This document shows positions 52,074 through 64,000 of a stretch of DNA of 64,000 bases, piece after piece. The stretch is from Octopus bimaculoides (taxonomy: Eukaryota), in NCBI RefSeq assembly GCF_001194135.2, contig NC_068994.1, forward strand, positions 52,401,562 to 52,465,561, given 5' to 3'. The notes under the pieces are model-generated. The model was not told where the DNA came from, did not search any database, and saw nothing but the letters and a program-made list of their open reading frames with translations. Numbering within the stretch: position 1 is the stretch's first letter; every line of letters starts with the position of its first letter. Both the position numbers and the translations under genes were made by a program.

Positions 52074-52893
52074 AATGGTGAAGCAGTGACACAGATAAAC
52101 AGCTGACATATGCAACTTGTTAGCTCAATATCTCCAGAAGTAATGGATATAATAAATTCTGCTGAACTTCAAAGTACTAAATGCTTTGTTTCATTCATGT
52201 AAGTTCATTTATTTCTTTGAGCTGCGTTGATCAAACCAGGCTACGTCCAAAATATCGAACAGAACCCTTCTTTTCGTGTATATATGTACCCTTCTTTGTT
52301 TAAGACAGCAGAATGTGATCTGAACTAGGTTTAACTGCTACTTCAAGCTGGTCTGGTTAACGCAAAGAATTAGCGATCAGTATATCATACAAGTAGCGTA
52401 TATACTGTTGAAGGCCTTCCAAATGGCAGTATTCGTCGCAAGGTACATGTTATATATATATATATACTTCTCGAAACGAATATCGCAGTTTAAACGGCTT
52501 CCAATGGTATATATGATTCAATTATTATATACAGATGGATAATTTGAACTAATACAGCTTTACGTTGCTAATGGCGGATTTTCGCTGCATAGGGTTTCAT
52601 AGAATTTGGACATGACCGTTCATATTTACGGCGTTCAAACAAATATATCTTATTGGTTGGTGCACTAGAGTCAACTGTGTCAATTATATGACCTCCAAAT
52701 CTGAATACCCATCAGATTTTGTAAATTGGGGAACAACATACTGTAACCTGATGTTTACATATTACAATTTACAAGCGAATATCTTTTTACCGATATAATA
52801 ACCTATTTACAGCTAGAAAACCATAAGGAAAAATAAAGCAATAAACTACATATATTGCACCATTCAAACTATACATTATTATCAGCTATCTGG

Positions 52894-53156
52894 TGGTGGA
52901 GGCGCGTGGTTTAGTGGTTATGGTGTCAGCATCATGATCGTAAGATTGTGGTTTCGATTCTTGGACCGGGCGACGCGTTGTGTTCTTGAGCAAAACACTT
53001 CATTTCACGTTCCTCCAGTCCACTCAGCTGGCAAAAATGAGTAAGGCTGCGATGGACTGGTGTCCCGTCCAGCTGGGGAACATATACGTCATTGAAACCA
53101 GGACACTGGGCCCATGAGCCTGGCTAGGTTTTAAAAGGGCGCATTTATTTTTTATG
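52894..53156 (+). mobile_element. tRNA-derived SINE family C, full length, with 10-bp TSD
   Basis: A box tggtttagtgg, B box ggtttcgattc, core gtgttcttgagcaaaacacttcatttcac. agctatctgg is duplicated at 52884-52893 and 53157-53166. Confidence 0.92.
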
Positions 53157-53166
53157 AGCTATCTGG

Positions 53167-53415
53167 GGGCGTTAAGTTGGAGAAACACAATATTTTGTTA
53201 GAAATCTTTACGCTCTGTGTTCAAATTCCAAGGAAGTTACTTTTGCTTTTCTTACATCCGAGATCAATAAAATATTGTATGTGCCTATATTAGAAGATTT
53301 AAAATTCTTTCATCTCTCCGTAGTCAATAAAGGAAGTCCCAGTCACATACTGGTGTTGATGGTTTGGGTTAAAACCACTAGAAAAATTGCCAACTCTGTG
53401 CGTGTATTGAAAAAT
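53167..53415 (+). mobile_element. Old SINE family B relic interrupted at its head by the family C insertion
   Basis: tttacgctctgtgttcaaattccaaggaagttacttttgc...gatcaataaaat, then tactggtgttgat...aaaaattgcc...ctgtg. Confidence 0.5.
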
Positions 53416-54910
53416 CATTGTTATGAGGTTATCAATGACAAATGTTTAGCCGAATCAGTTTTCAGTTTAATACTGCTACCTTACGAATTCAAAGGACTTG
53501 CCATAAAAAAAAAAATTTTAATTTTTCAACTATTCTGATTTTCAAATCTCTCGTATCTATATTACAAGTAATAGTATAGTACTTGTTTACGACAAGACGT
53601 GTGAACGTGATGCGTCTGACAGTGATAATTCCTTATGTTATAAAGCGTGACATGATTTTAAGGTAATTCCACTGCTATTTATAACAAGGCGAGAGGACGC
53701 GCAGTGTTTCCTCAGCTGCGTTTCCATAAAGAACAGAACTTGTGAAATATAATATAAATTTATCGATTGCTCCTCATTCCTCATCTCCCTTTCCAAATTT
53801 ATGAGCTTTCTGTCTAAATTAAACATAAATATTATCTGCTACGAGTAAGAGCAAGCCAAAACTTTATGATGTTCTTCAGGGCAGATATTTTTGAATGAAA
53901 ATATCTATTCGGCATATTGTCCGATTCATGAATAGAAGAGGTATATTTACCAGCTTAAAACAAATCACTCGCAATACTGTCTCTATATTTCTTACATTAT
54001 TTCTTTTCCTTCAAAAAATGAGTCCATGCCCCAAAGTTTAGTAACTTTTTATGATTTCACACGGTTTAACGCATTAAATTTACTTTCATTTTGAATATAA
54101 ACTCATCCATTATATGCACAAAACTGTAACTTCGTCATGGTCATGTTTACCGAAGCAACATTATTTTTCAGCTATACTAAAGATTTTTTTCTCACAACTA
54201 TTGCGCACCTAAAAATAAACTACATACTTTAAGATCTCCACAATGAATATACCCTAAGGCACCGAATATGTATATCTTTCCTTCACATAGAAATCTTTCA
54301 AACAATTATAAAAGATACAATATTCTGCTCTGCACTAACATCCGTTCTCTATTGTTCCGCAGGTTTAAAAAAATAATATCAACTACACCTTCTCTATTTC
54401 TGCTACATTTGTTTCCCTGTTCTCCCTCCTAGGCTTTGTGTGTTTACATGCACACATATAAATCCGACTCTGTGTGTTTGTTTGTTTGTTTTTCTCAATT
54501 TCTTTCTTTCTTTCTTTCTTTTTCTTATTTTTTTTCCTTGTCTTTGTCTTTCTCACTCTCTCTCTCTTTATCTATCTATGTCGCCCTCTCTCTCTCACTC
54601 TGTATATATNNNNNNNNNNNNNNNNNNNNNNNNNNNNNNNNNNNNNNNNNNNNNNNNNNNNNNNNNNNNNNNNNNNNNNNNNNNNNNNNNNNNNNNNNNN
54701 NNNNNNNNNNNNNNNNNNNNNNNNNNNNNNNNNNNNNNNNNNNNNNNNNNNNNNNNNNNNNNNNNNNNNNNNNNNNNNNNNNNNNNNNNNNNNNNNNNNN
54801 NNNNNNNNNNNNNNNNNNNNNNNNNNNNNNNNNNNNNNNNNNNNNNNNNNNNNNNNNNNNNNNNNNNNNNNNNNNNNNNNNNNNNNNNNNNNNNNNNNNN
54901 NNNNNNNNNN

Positions 54911-54943
<33 letters not shown>

Positions 54944-55404
54944 CACATATGCATATACATACATATATATATCTATGTTTATTTTTTGTCATTCATTGCA
55001 TTTATACTGCAATCTCCGGCAGACAATGATGCTTGGTGATATGTTTTCAGTATAATATGTCTGCGTCAGATAGACATAATTAGTAGACAATACACTGCAT
55101 CATAGAATCGCCAACATAGTGAAGCTATCATGAAGCGAGCATGAATGGGATGCAGAGAGAAAAACTAGACAAATGTAAGGATCCAATGGAGCAAATACGA
55201 GGTTAACATGTTTCATGGAAAATTGAAAAAGAAAAATTTATGTGCGTATATGTGTGCACGTGTGTGTATGTGTATGTGTGTGTGTGTGAAATATATATGC
55301 TTGTGTATATTACCACAAATACGACTTCATTCATGTCGATATATATGTACCTATATGCGTGTGCACATGAATTCTTTTATTCATTTACCGGCATACGTAA
55401 AAAT

Positions 55405-55466
<62 letters not shown>

Positions 55467-56360
55467 NNNNNNNNNNNNNNNNNNNNNNNNNNNNNNNNNN
55501 NNNNNNNNNNNNNNNNNNNNNNNNNNNNNNNNNNNNNNNNNNNNNNNNNNNNNNNNNNNNNNNNNNNNNNNNNNNNNNNNNNNNNNNNNNNNNNNNNNNN
55601 NNNNNNNNNNNNNNNNNNNNNNNNNNNNNNNNNNNNNNNNNNNNNNNNNNNNNNNNNNNNNNNNNNNNNNNNNNNNNNNNNNNNNNNNNNNNNNNNNNNN
55701 NNNNNNNNNNNNNNNNNNNNNNNNNNNNNNNNNNNNNNNNNNNNNNNNNNNNNNNNNNNNNNNNNNNNNNNNNNNNNNNNNNNNNNNNNNNNNNNNNNNN
55801 NNNNNNNNNNNNNNNNNNNNNNNNNNNNNNNNNNNNNNNNNNNNNNNNNNNNNNNNNNNNNNNNNNNNNNNNNNNNNNNNNNNNNNNNNNNNNNNNNNNN
55901 NNNNNNNNNNNNNNNNNNNNNNNNNNNNNNNNNNNNNNNNNNNNNNNNNNNNNNNNNNNNNNNNNNNNNNNNNNNNNNNNNNNNNNNNNNNNNNNNNNNN
56001 NNNNNNNNNNNNNNNNNNNNNNNNNNNNNNNNNNNNNNNNNNNNNNNNNNNNNNNNNNNNNNNNNNNNNNNNNNNNNNNNNNNNNNNNNNNNNNNNNNNN
56101 NNNNNNNNNNNNNNNNNNNNNNNNNNNNNNNNNNNNNNNNNNNNNNNNNNNNNNNNNNNNNNNNNNNNNNNNNNNNNNNNNNNNNNNNNNNNNNNNNNNN
56201 NNNNNNNNNNNNNNNNNNNNNNNNNNNNNNNNNNNNNNNNNNNNNNNNNNNNNNNNNNNNNNNNNNNNNNNNNNNNNNNNNNNNNNNNNNNNNNNNNNNN
56301 NNNNNNNNNNNNNNNNNNNNNNNNNNNNNNNNNNNNNNNNNNNNNNNNNNNNNNNNNNNN

Positions 56361-56407
<47 letters not shown>

Positions 56408-56551
56408 TGTGTGTATATATGTACATATACGTATAAATATATATATAGATATATAGATAGATAGACAGATGGATAGATAAATAGATATATACATATATAC
56501 TCACATACATATATACATATATATATATGTGTACATGTATATATGTGTGTG

Positions 56552-56588
<37 letters not shown>

Positions 56589-57165
56589 TCCACTCGTATT
56601 ATTTGATAATTGCCGATCGTCTACCCGCTATCTATCTCCCCATGAAAATAAAGATCTTTTCTTTCTTTCGAAGTAGAAATACAAGCTTGTTCTTCACATC
56701 AAAATTCTCCGAGGCTATACATATGTTTGAAAAGAGGAACGAAATATATGCTCAATGATTTATATGGACATATAATATAAAGCAATCTCGCAGTACCTAT
56801 AGTAACTAACAAAACCGTTTTTATTCCTTTTCTTGTTTTTGTAGAAGTGTGTATAAGCAGTGGCTGTCTGCACTGATATGGCGGATAGTGTGTATTTCTG
56901 TAGTTCAATATATACTCAGGTCCATCTTTCTCATTTATTCTTACCTTTGAGGAATTGTGCATGATTCTGAGTCCGTATTCTTTTCATTTACATGCACATA
57001 TATACATCCATGTATGCATGTATATATGTATATGTATGTGGATGTATATGTATAGAAATATGTTATGTATACTTACATGGATATTTGTAAATAAAAATCG
57101 CTCGCTTTTGCGATATACAGTCGATCTTTTTGTGAGTCACTCTATTTTCTCTCGTGACGATTTGT

Positions 57166-57202
<37 letters not shown>

Positions 57203-57206
57203 ACAG

Positions 57207-57244
<38 letters not shown>

Positions 57245-57276
57245 TGCGTACATTCATATACATATTCCTACATACG

Positions 57277-57309
<33 letters not shown>

Positions 57310-58715
57310 ATTTATATATATATATATATAAGTATATATAATATAAATATATAAGTTATTATATAATATATAATAATTTATATGGTAGGAGGGAATAATA
57401 TATGCTCCACTTAAAGCGACCTAAACGAAAAAATTGACTAAAATAGGATGGGGAGTACCACTAGGAATTGAATACGACATCAATGCTTAGATGGCTCTGT
57501 ACGTGCCCAATTCAGATACATAGCCCACGCAGTTTCTGCTAGTTTTAATGTATAGATATTTTTAGTGTAGTATATATGTTTTTAAATTTGTAAACAAACT
57601 CGAAGTCTGTAAATTACATATATATATAATCATATACATATACATGTATGTGTGTGTGTCTATCTCTGTCTCTGTGTGTATGTATGTGTGTGTGTGTGTG
57701 TACTTAAATATCTTTCTGGAATAATTACGTTAGTAAATACTTCACATTTTTAACGGAAATACTTAGCACATTCACTTTCAAATCTGTGCGCCATTGTTTT
57801 GATTGTCGCTGTTCTCTTTGTACTTAATAAATTAGTATAAATATTCGTAGAAGACAAATTAAATCTGAAAACGATTATGACATTGACAAACTAATTTCGT
57901 TTCAATTATAAATAATTTGTGAAGATTAAACATAGATTTTCAAAGTAATAATGGATACATTTAAATAACATTCCTTCCGACCACAAATCATTTGCTATGA
58001 TTATTTGAGTGTAAAAAGATTACGTAACGATGCCTTTTGTTTCATCGTTTAATAAATGTGAGTAACGGAAAGTTGATGTTCGACCTGAGTGTTCGATCAC
58101 AAAGAATGCATTTGATACAGCAATACCGATTCGTAATAAAAGTGGATATAAAAGGAGATATGAGCTTCTTTACCCATCCTTTATCTCTACGTATATAACC
58201 AACATTAAGGATTTCTTCTACTCGCGTAATAAACCATTAATATAGATTCCTTTCAAAATAAGTCTACAAAATTTTAGAATCTGGAGTTGACAATAGGCAA
58301 AGGCAGTATATTTTACAACAGAGTCATAAACATAAGAGAACCCATGGTTAATAATAGTCGAAGGGATTGTATTTCCTGTGACGCTAAAAGAAGGAAACAG
58401 GAGTCTGTCAAACGAAGTTAGAAGACCGTTTATATCTGCACGTTAATTTGTAAGTAGAACGCTTTCGAACGACAAATGGGGATTTTGTGAGGGAAATAAG
58501 AAATACAATGACGAAAAATGAAACTACATTTCCAATTCTATAATTCTTTGTAATGCTTAAAAGTGTCGCCATTTCATAGAACACTACTAATCTAATATAG
58601 AAATCACGCGGCATCATATTTTCTTATTACTATTTGTTTAATAACATTGTCTCATTTTTAAATCAATTCTTTTAAGAATTCTTATACAAACACATTTGTA
58701 TTTGCACACACATAC

Positions 58716-58829
<114 letters not shown>

Positions 58830-59074
58830 GTTTGTATGTATGTGTACATACACACATGATCTATATATGTGGGCATACTTAAACACAAGCACACATATAT
58901 AACAGTACATATGTGTATATCGTATATCCTGCCATATTTGAAGACGGTTTTTAAGCAAATATATCCTCTTTAATGATATATTTATTGTTTCAATTCCACG
59001 CAAAAATCTTTAAATTCATTTTTGAACAAAATGTTGGTATATATACATACATAGACACACACATGCATACATAA

Positions 59075-59107
<33 letters not shown>

Positions 59108-59724
59108 TTGCGTCATATATATATATATATATATTACATATATATATGTGTATATATATTACATATATATATGTATATATAAACATATACATACCTACAT
59201 ACACATACATTCACGTACACACACATGAACACGCGCGCACACGCACTTACCCACATTCACATATACATACATGCATAGGTGTCGCTGTACATCAGTTACT
59301 GCGCTTTTGCGAACTAATAAACTTAGAACGGCATCGTTCTTATCATTCAAGTGGAAATCTGTTTAAATGAAGGAAACGCAATTTGTTTGAAGATTTATTT
59401 ATAAGTGTTTCCTTTTGGTTCCATTGTAAACATATGTGACAATTATATTGAGCGTGAATACGTTGTATATATGTTTGTATGTATGTATGTATGTAGGTGT
59501 TTGTGTCTAGGAGTGTATGTGTCCGCGTTTATTGTGTCCTTGCATTCACGCTTTGGTACGCACGTGATTTGTATTTATGAATTGATATATCGACTCTGAT
59601 GTTTATTAACGCATCGATTGGATAGAGTTGATAGGATAACATAGAAGAAACTCTAAGTTTAATAGTTCATATTGACGATGTATCCATACGACTGTGGTCT
59701 TGTTCTTGCTCTTGTTTTGTTGTT

Positions 59725-59837
59725 GTTCTTCTTCTTCTTGGTCCTGTTCTTCTTCTTCTTCTTCTTCTTCTTCTTCTTCTTCTTCTTCTTCTTCTTCTTC
59801 TTCTTCTTCTTCTTCTTCTTCTTCTTCTTCTTCTTCT
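59725..59837. repeat. (CTT)n microsatellite, followed by (TAC)n, (CAT)n and (CGT)n runs to about 59995
   Basis: Directly visible. Confidence 0.97.
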
Positions 59838-59879
59838 CGTACTACTAATATCTAATATATCAAAAATTCACAATGTATT

Positions 59880-59930
<51 letters not shown>

Positions 59931-60959
59931 ATCTTCTTTCCTCTTTTTATATTTTCATCATCATCATCGTCGTCGTCGTCGTCATCGTTGTCATCATATA
60001 TATGTATGGGTCGTCATTTAGCCAGTAGATAACATTCGCTGGAGTATTTCGCAGTTCTCACTGGAAATAGATTCAAAATTAGTTTTTCTGGTGGAGATGG
60101 TTAAAGCTAATAATATTTATTATTGAATCTTTACAGAATTCAAATACAACAGGTGATGTTCTCAGCAATCAGGGAGCGCCGATAGTCAGATAACGTACAA
60201 TAACCGTTTAAATAAATATTTTTTGTGTAAAAGTGCTAATAAAAATATTATTGAATTTCTTGATATAATTCAGCGAAGAATCACTGTTTGTTTAACGAAG
60301 AAAGCATTATAATGGTCCAATTTGATTCTGCCTTTTCAAATTTCACAAATATTAAACAACTTTATTCAATAAACATTAAACACTATTATGTTAAACTAAT
60401 TTTAATTAAGAATCGACTAAATTACTTATTGATTATCTGCCTTTCAACAATGGAACACTGTCAACGGTATTGAAAAACGAAAAACTATCTTCGTTTTCTT
60501 TACCGATAGTCTTTTTTACTTTTCTTATACTACCGCAATAACGCCAAAATGTAATTATTAATATGACATAGAATCAGATTTATCAAGCAAATATAATAAA
60601 ACTGTCTTTTTTCTCTTTTTAATTAATGGTTTTGTCTGGAATAAAGTCCTTTCAGGCGATCCGAAATTCGTAAGATCAACCCTGTTATGGTTCCAGTTGA
60701 ATGGTTTCAACATTGGGACACAAGAAACTCTGTTTTTTACTTAATGTTTTACTTAATATTGTATCACAGTTTCTCCATTATCAAACGCTTTTTAGTCTTT
60801 CTAAGTATATTTTATATTTATAGTTTGCGTATAACCTTCGATATGTCTCTTTTCAACCTGTTCTTGTTTTCATCAATGTAAGGTGAGAATGTTCATAATC
60901 TACTTGCACGTGCATTATGAAACCTACATCACCTATCTATGAGATAAAAAATAAAAACA

Positions 60960-61010
60960 ACGCTTCTCAGATACATGGTTTCCGGTTCCATTCCACTGCA
61001 CTCTACCTCG
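60960..61010 (+). mobile_element. SINE family A head fragment
   Basis: cgcttctcagatacatggtttccggttccattccactgca; abuts the truncated end of the mariner. Confidence 0.5.
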
Positions 61011-61019
61011 AAAATATCT

Positions 61020-61451
61020 CTCCTTTTGCCAGTTCTCGAGTGATTATACGTGGATATTTCTAAATGGTGATTGACCGTCATCGATGACAGATGGACGTCC
61101 ACTACACTCACGCTCTTCAAGGCTCAAGTCTCCACTGCGAAATCGAGCTGACCACTCATTGGTCACCATACGTTTCGCTGATATCGTGAGCAGTTTCAGC
61201 TGCTTTACGTCCTTTTTGAAGTTGAGTAGCAAAATTGCTCGAATATCGCACTTTGACAGTTTCATTTCAGGTGATTGTAACAGCAGTGAAAAAGATATCA
61301 ATGTTAATTTATTGATGCATTTGGGCGAGTCTATGTCTGCATTATCAGATAATAAAAAAAAAAAACATGTTTAAAAACAATTCAAAACTGCGAAAATCCG
61401 GTACAAATTCTTCATGGTTCAAAAAAGGTGCATACTTTTTACTCAACCTGA
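61020..61451 (-). mobile_element. Mariner 5' fragment (left TIR plus N-terminal HTH region), Hsmar1-like
   Basis: TA at 61452-61453, then TIR tcaggttgagtaaaaagtatgcacc on minus. The ORF MKLSKCDIRAILLLNFK...RFRSGDLSLEERECSGRPSVIDDGQ and PRIITRELAK parallel mariner IRAIFLFEFK...KFCKGDESLEDEERSGRPSEVDNDQ and PLTTTREVAE. Confidence 0.9.
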
Positions 61452-62171
61452 TACATGTAGACGAAGCAGCTTTACCTATATTGCCACTATATATTTTGCT
61501 AATGTATGTATTGCTTGAAGACATAAGCTATAATTTAGAAGTCAGATTTGGTTAACACAAATTTGAATGACTTTATTTTTCGAAAGAAATTAAAAGCAGG
61601 TGTAGTTTCATATATAACATATGCATGTATGAGCAAAATTGGTATTGTGAATTTCAGGAACTCTCCTATATACATAGCAGTGATCTACTCTCTAGATGGC
61701 TGTTTTGCCTCATGTTGTGTCTAGTTGAAAGTACAAGAAGTGTTTTCTAATCATGGTCTGAAAGCACAGTAATACCATTAAATCTCTATCATATCCCCCA
61801 TTAATGGCAGGTCTGTTTGAAATCTTTGCTGCAGCTACTATATGTTCTATCAATGGGTTGAAGTCTTCTAAATCACGTAATGTCTGTTTTCTTTCTTTCT
61901 TTTTCTGCCTTCTGTTTACATATGTATGTATACGTGGGTATTGGTGACTTGTCTGTATAGATAACATATGCGTACATATACGTACATAATTTTAAATAAT
62001 TATTACCTTTGATGGTTTTTATTCCCATGCTGACCACTTGATAAGATCAATATTTTAAATATCGATCTTATCCTTATTTATATAAATATATATATATATA
62101 TATATAAATATATNNNNNNNNNNNNNNNNNNNNNNNNNNNNNNNNNNNNNNNNNNNNNNNNNNNNNNNNNN

Positions 62172-62210
<39 letters not shown>

Positions 62211-62808
62211 TGTATATATACATACAGACATGCACAGGCAGACACACACACATACAATCAAATAAATTACGATACTATGCAGATCGCAAGAGAGTCAGTC
62301 TTAAGCAAAGTTAAATCTTTAGTCTGCCTCGTGCCAGAAGCATGTGGAAACGAAATACGTAATATTGCAATTCACTCATTCCAATATACTTTCTCTTATC
62401 ACGCAACGTTATAAGCTTTTGAAATACTAAATGTAATAACGCGAATATATACATAAACAAATGCATATTCACACACACACATATACACACACAGACGTAC
62501 GCACACATACACACATATATACATACACTCATATATACACACACATAGATATTTATACACTCATATACACATACACACACATATATATATGCATACGAGC
62601 ATGTCTAGATATGCAACAATATGCATGAGAATGCATACATAAAGCAAAATATAGAGATGTGCACGTATAAATACATACATACATACATACATGCACAGAT
62701 ACAAAAATACCCTCTTGTTGATGTTGAAATTCCATACATACGTACATACATACATACATACATACATACATACGCACGTACGTACGTACATACATACCTA
62801 CATACATA

Positions 62809-62958
62809 GGGGCCCAGGCGTTTAGATCAACCGCAGTACGCAACTGGTACTTAATTTATCGACGCCGAGCTGGCAGAAACGTTATCACGCCGAGTGAAAT
62901 GCTTAGCGATATTTCGTCTGTCTTCACGCTATGGTTTCAAAACCGCTTAGGTCGACTT
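62809..62958. mobile_element. SINE family B with inverted 5' segment
   Basis: 62809-62863 is the family B mid/3' part on minus, joined directly to the family B head on plus (62864-62958). Confidence 0.85.
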
Positions 62959-63348
62959 ATATATATAAATATATATATATCACGGAAGAAATGTTTCTGT
63001 AAACATATTTTGTATATATTTCTGCTGACAGCTATGCGTTGAATCATCTGATAAGATCCTGTAAGAGATATATGTGGCTGGTTGTCACAAATAACTACCT
63101 TAATAAATAAATTTGCGTTCGCAGTATGACTCCCTTATAGTTTTGAATCCCTTATTTCAAAGAAATTTCAACATAATATATCGTGTAATATACTTTTGAG
63201 TGGATGTGTATATGTGTGCTTGTTTCTATACTTTTAATATGTATTGGTGTCTGTGCGATCGTGCGTGTATCAGAGTGTTTGTAACTTTACGTATATGGGG
63301 ATACATACGCTTGTGTTAGTACGTGTCTGTATCTCATGCATATTTATT

Positions 63349-63402
<54 letters not shown>

Positions 63403-63566
63403 GGGCGTATGTGGGTGTCTTATAAATGCATATTGCGAAATACAGCTGCTGAATTCCCGATAGATAAGTGCAAAAGGTTATTTTTATGCAGTTTCCGATT
63501 CTGCATATTAAGCATCGGAGAATTACTTTTCTCTTGTGTTATATATATATTATATATGTGTGTGTG

Positions 63567-63597
<31 letters not shown>

Positions 63598-64000
63598 TTA
63601 TGTATGTGTGTGTATTACACACACACATATATATAATATATATGTATGTATTTTGTTTGACTCTCTACTCCGTATTGCCTGACAAGATAAATGGTTTAAT
63701 ATGATCCTGTCAGACATAAGCTATTACACACTACATGGACGGTGAGTTATGATTATGTTAATACAAATACGGGCGATTACTTTGCCAGATGCAGTTGATC
63801 ACTTAAATATAACAGTACGGTCAGTATTTACTTACCACCTAGATCTCATTTGTACTTCCTTTTTTTTCTCTTTTTTGAGTTGAAATTGGGTTCCAGTCAT
63901 ATTTATGTATTGTTTTCTTTGTGGTTCCAAATACCAAATACATTTGCTATAGATTTTTTCCCCGATATTAGGTAACATTGTTCATTTATATCAGCAGGAA

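Noticed and set aside
51479-52081. 200-aa gap-free ORF
   Set aside because: Low-complexity F/L/S/I translation of a pyrimidine-rich tract ending in (AG)n; no motif or splice support.
52897-52975. tRNA gene
   Set aside because: A and B boxes are present, but it is the head of a TSD-flanked SINE with no clean cloverleaf.

Overview
AT-rich, repeat-dense eukaryotic genomic DNA with no confidently identifiable protein-coding gene. It is intronic or intergenic in character. About 7.3 kb (hand count, 23 gaps) is N, and most gaps abut (TA)n, (TG)n or (TC)n microsatellites, so most long ORFs in the supplied track are artefacts. The interspersed repeats resemble the tRNA-derived SINEs I recall from octopus genomes, so the source is probably an Octopus short-read scaffold (inference). 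The window holds about 20 SINE copies of three families (called A, B, C here). It also holds decayed LINE pieces (CR1 and RTE-like RT, APE endonuclease), Penelope-like RT and GIY-YIG relics, two mariner fragments, one Tc1 fragment, several MITEs and long fold-back elements. The most interesting signal is RNA-structural. Three unrelated short repeats carry minimal type-I hammerhead ribozyme motifs (3595-3638, 26805-26845, 41061-41098), as known for Penelope-like terminal repeats. One sits in a head-to-head inverted arrangement, and two about 250-bp palindromes have a similar layout. Other oddities are a perfect 208-bp local copy of an old LINE fragment, head-to-tail SINE pairs with the same junction, and a SINE with a twin-priming-type inversion. 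A few weak candidate exons are listed for checking. All motif matches were made by eye or from memory, with no database search.
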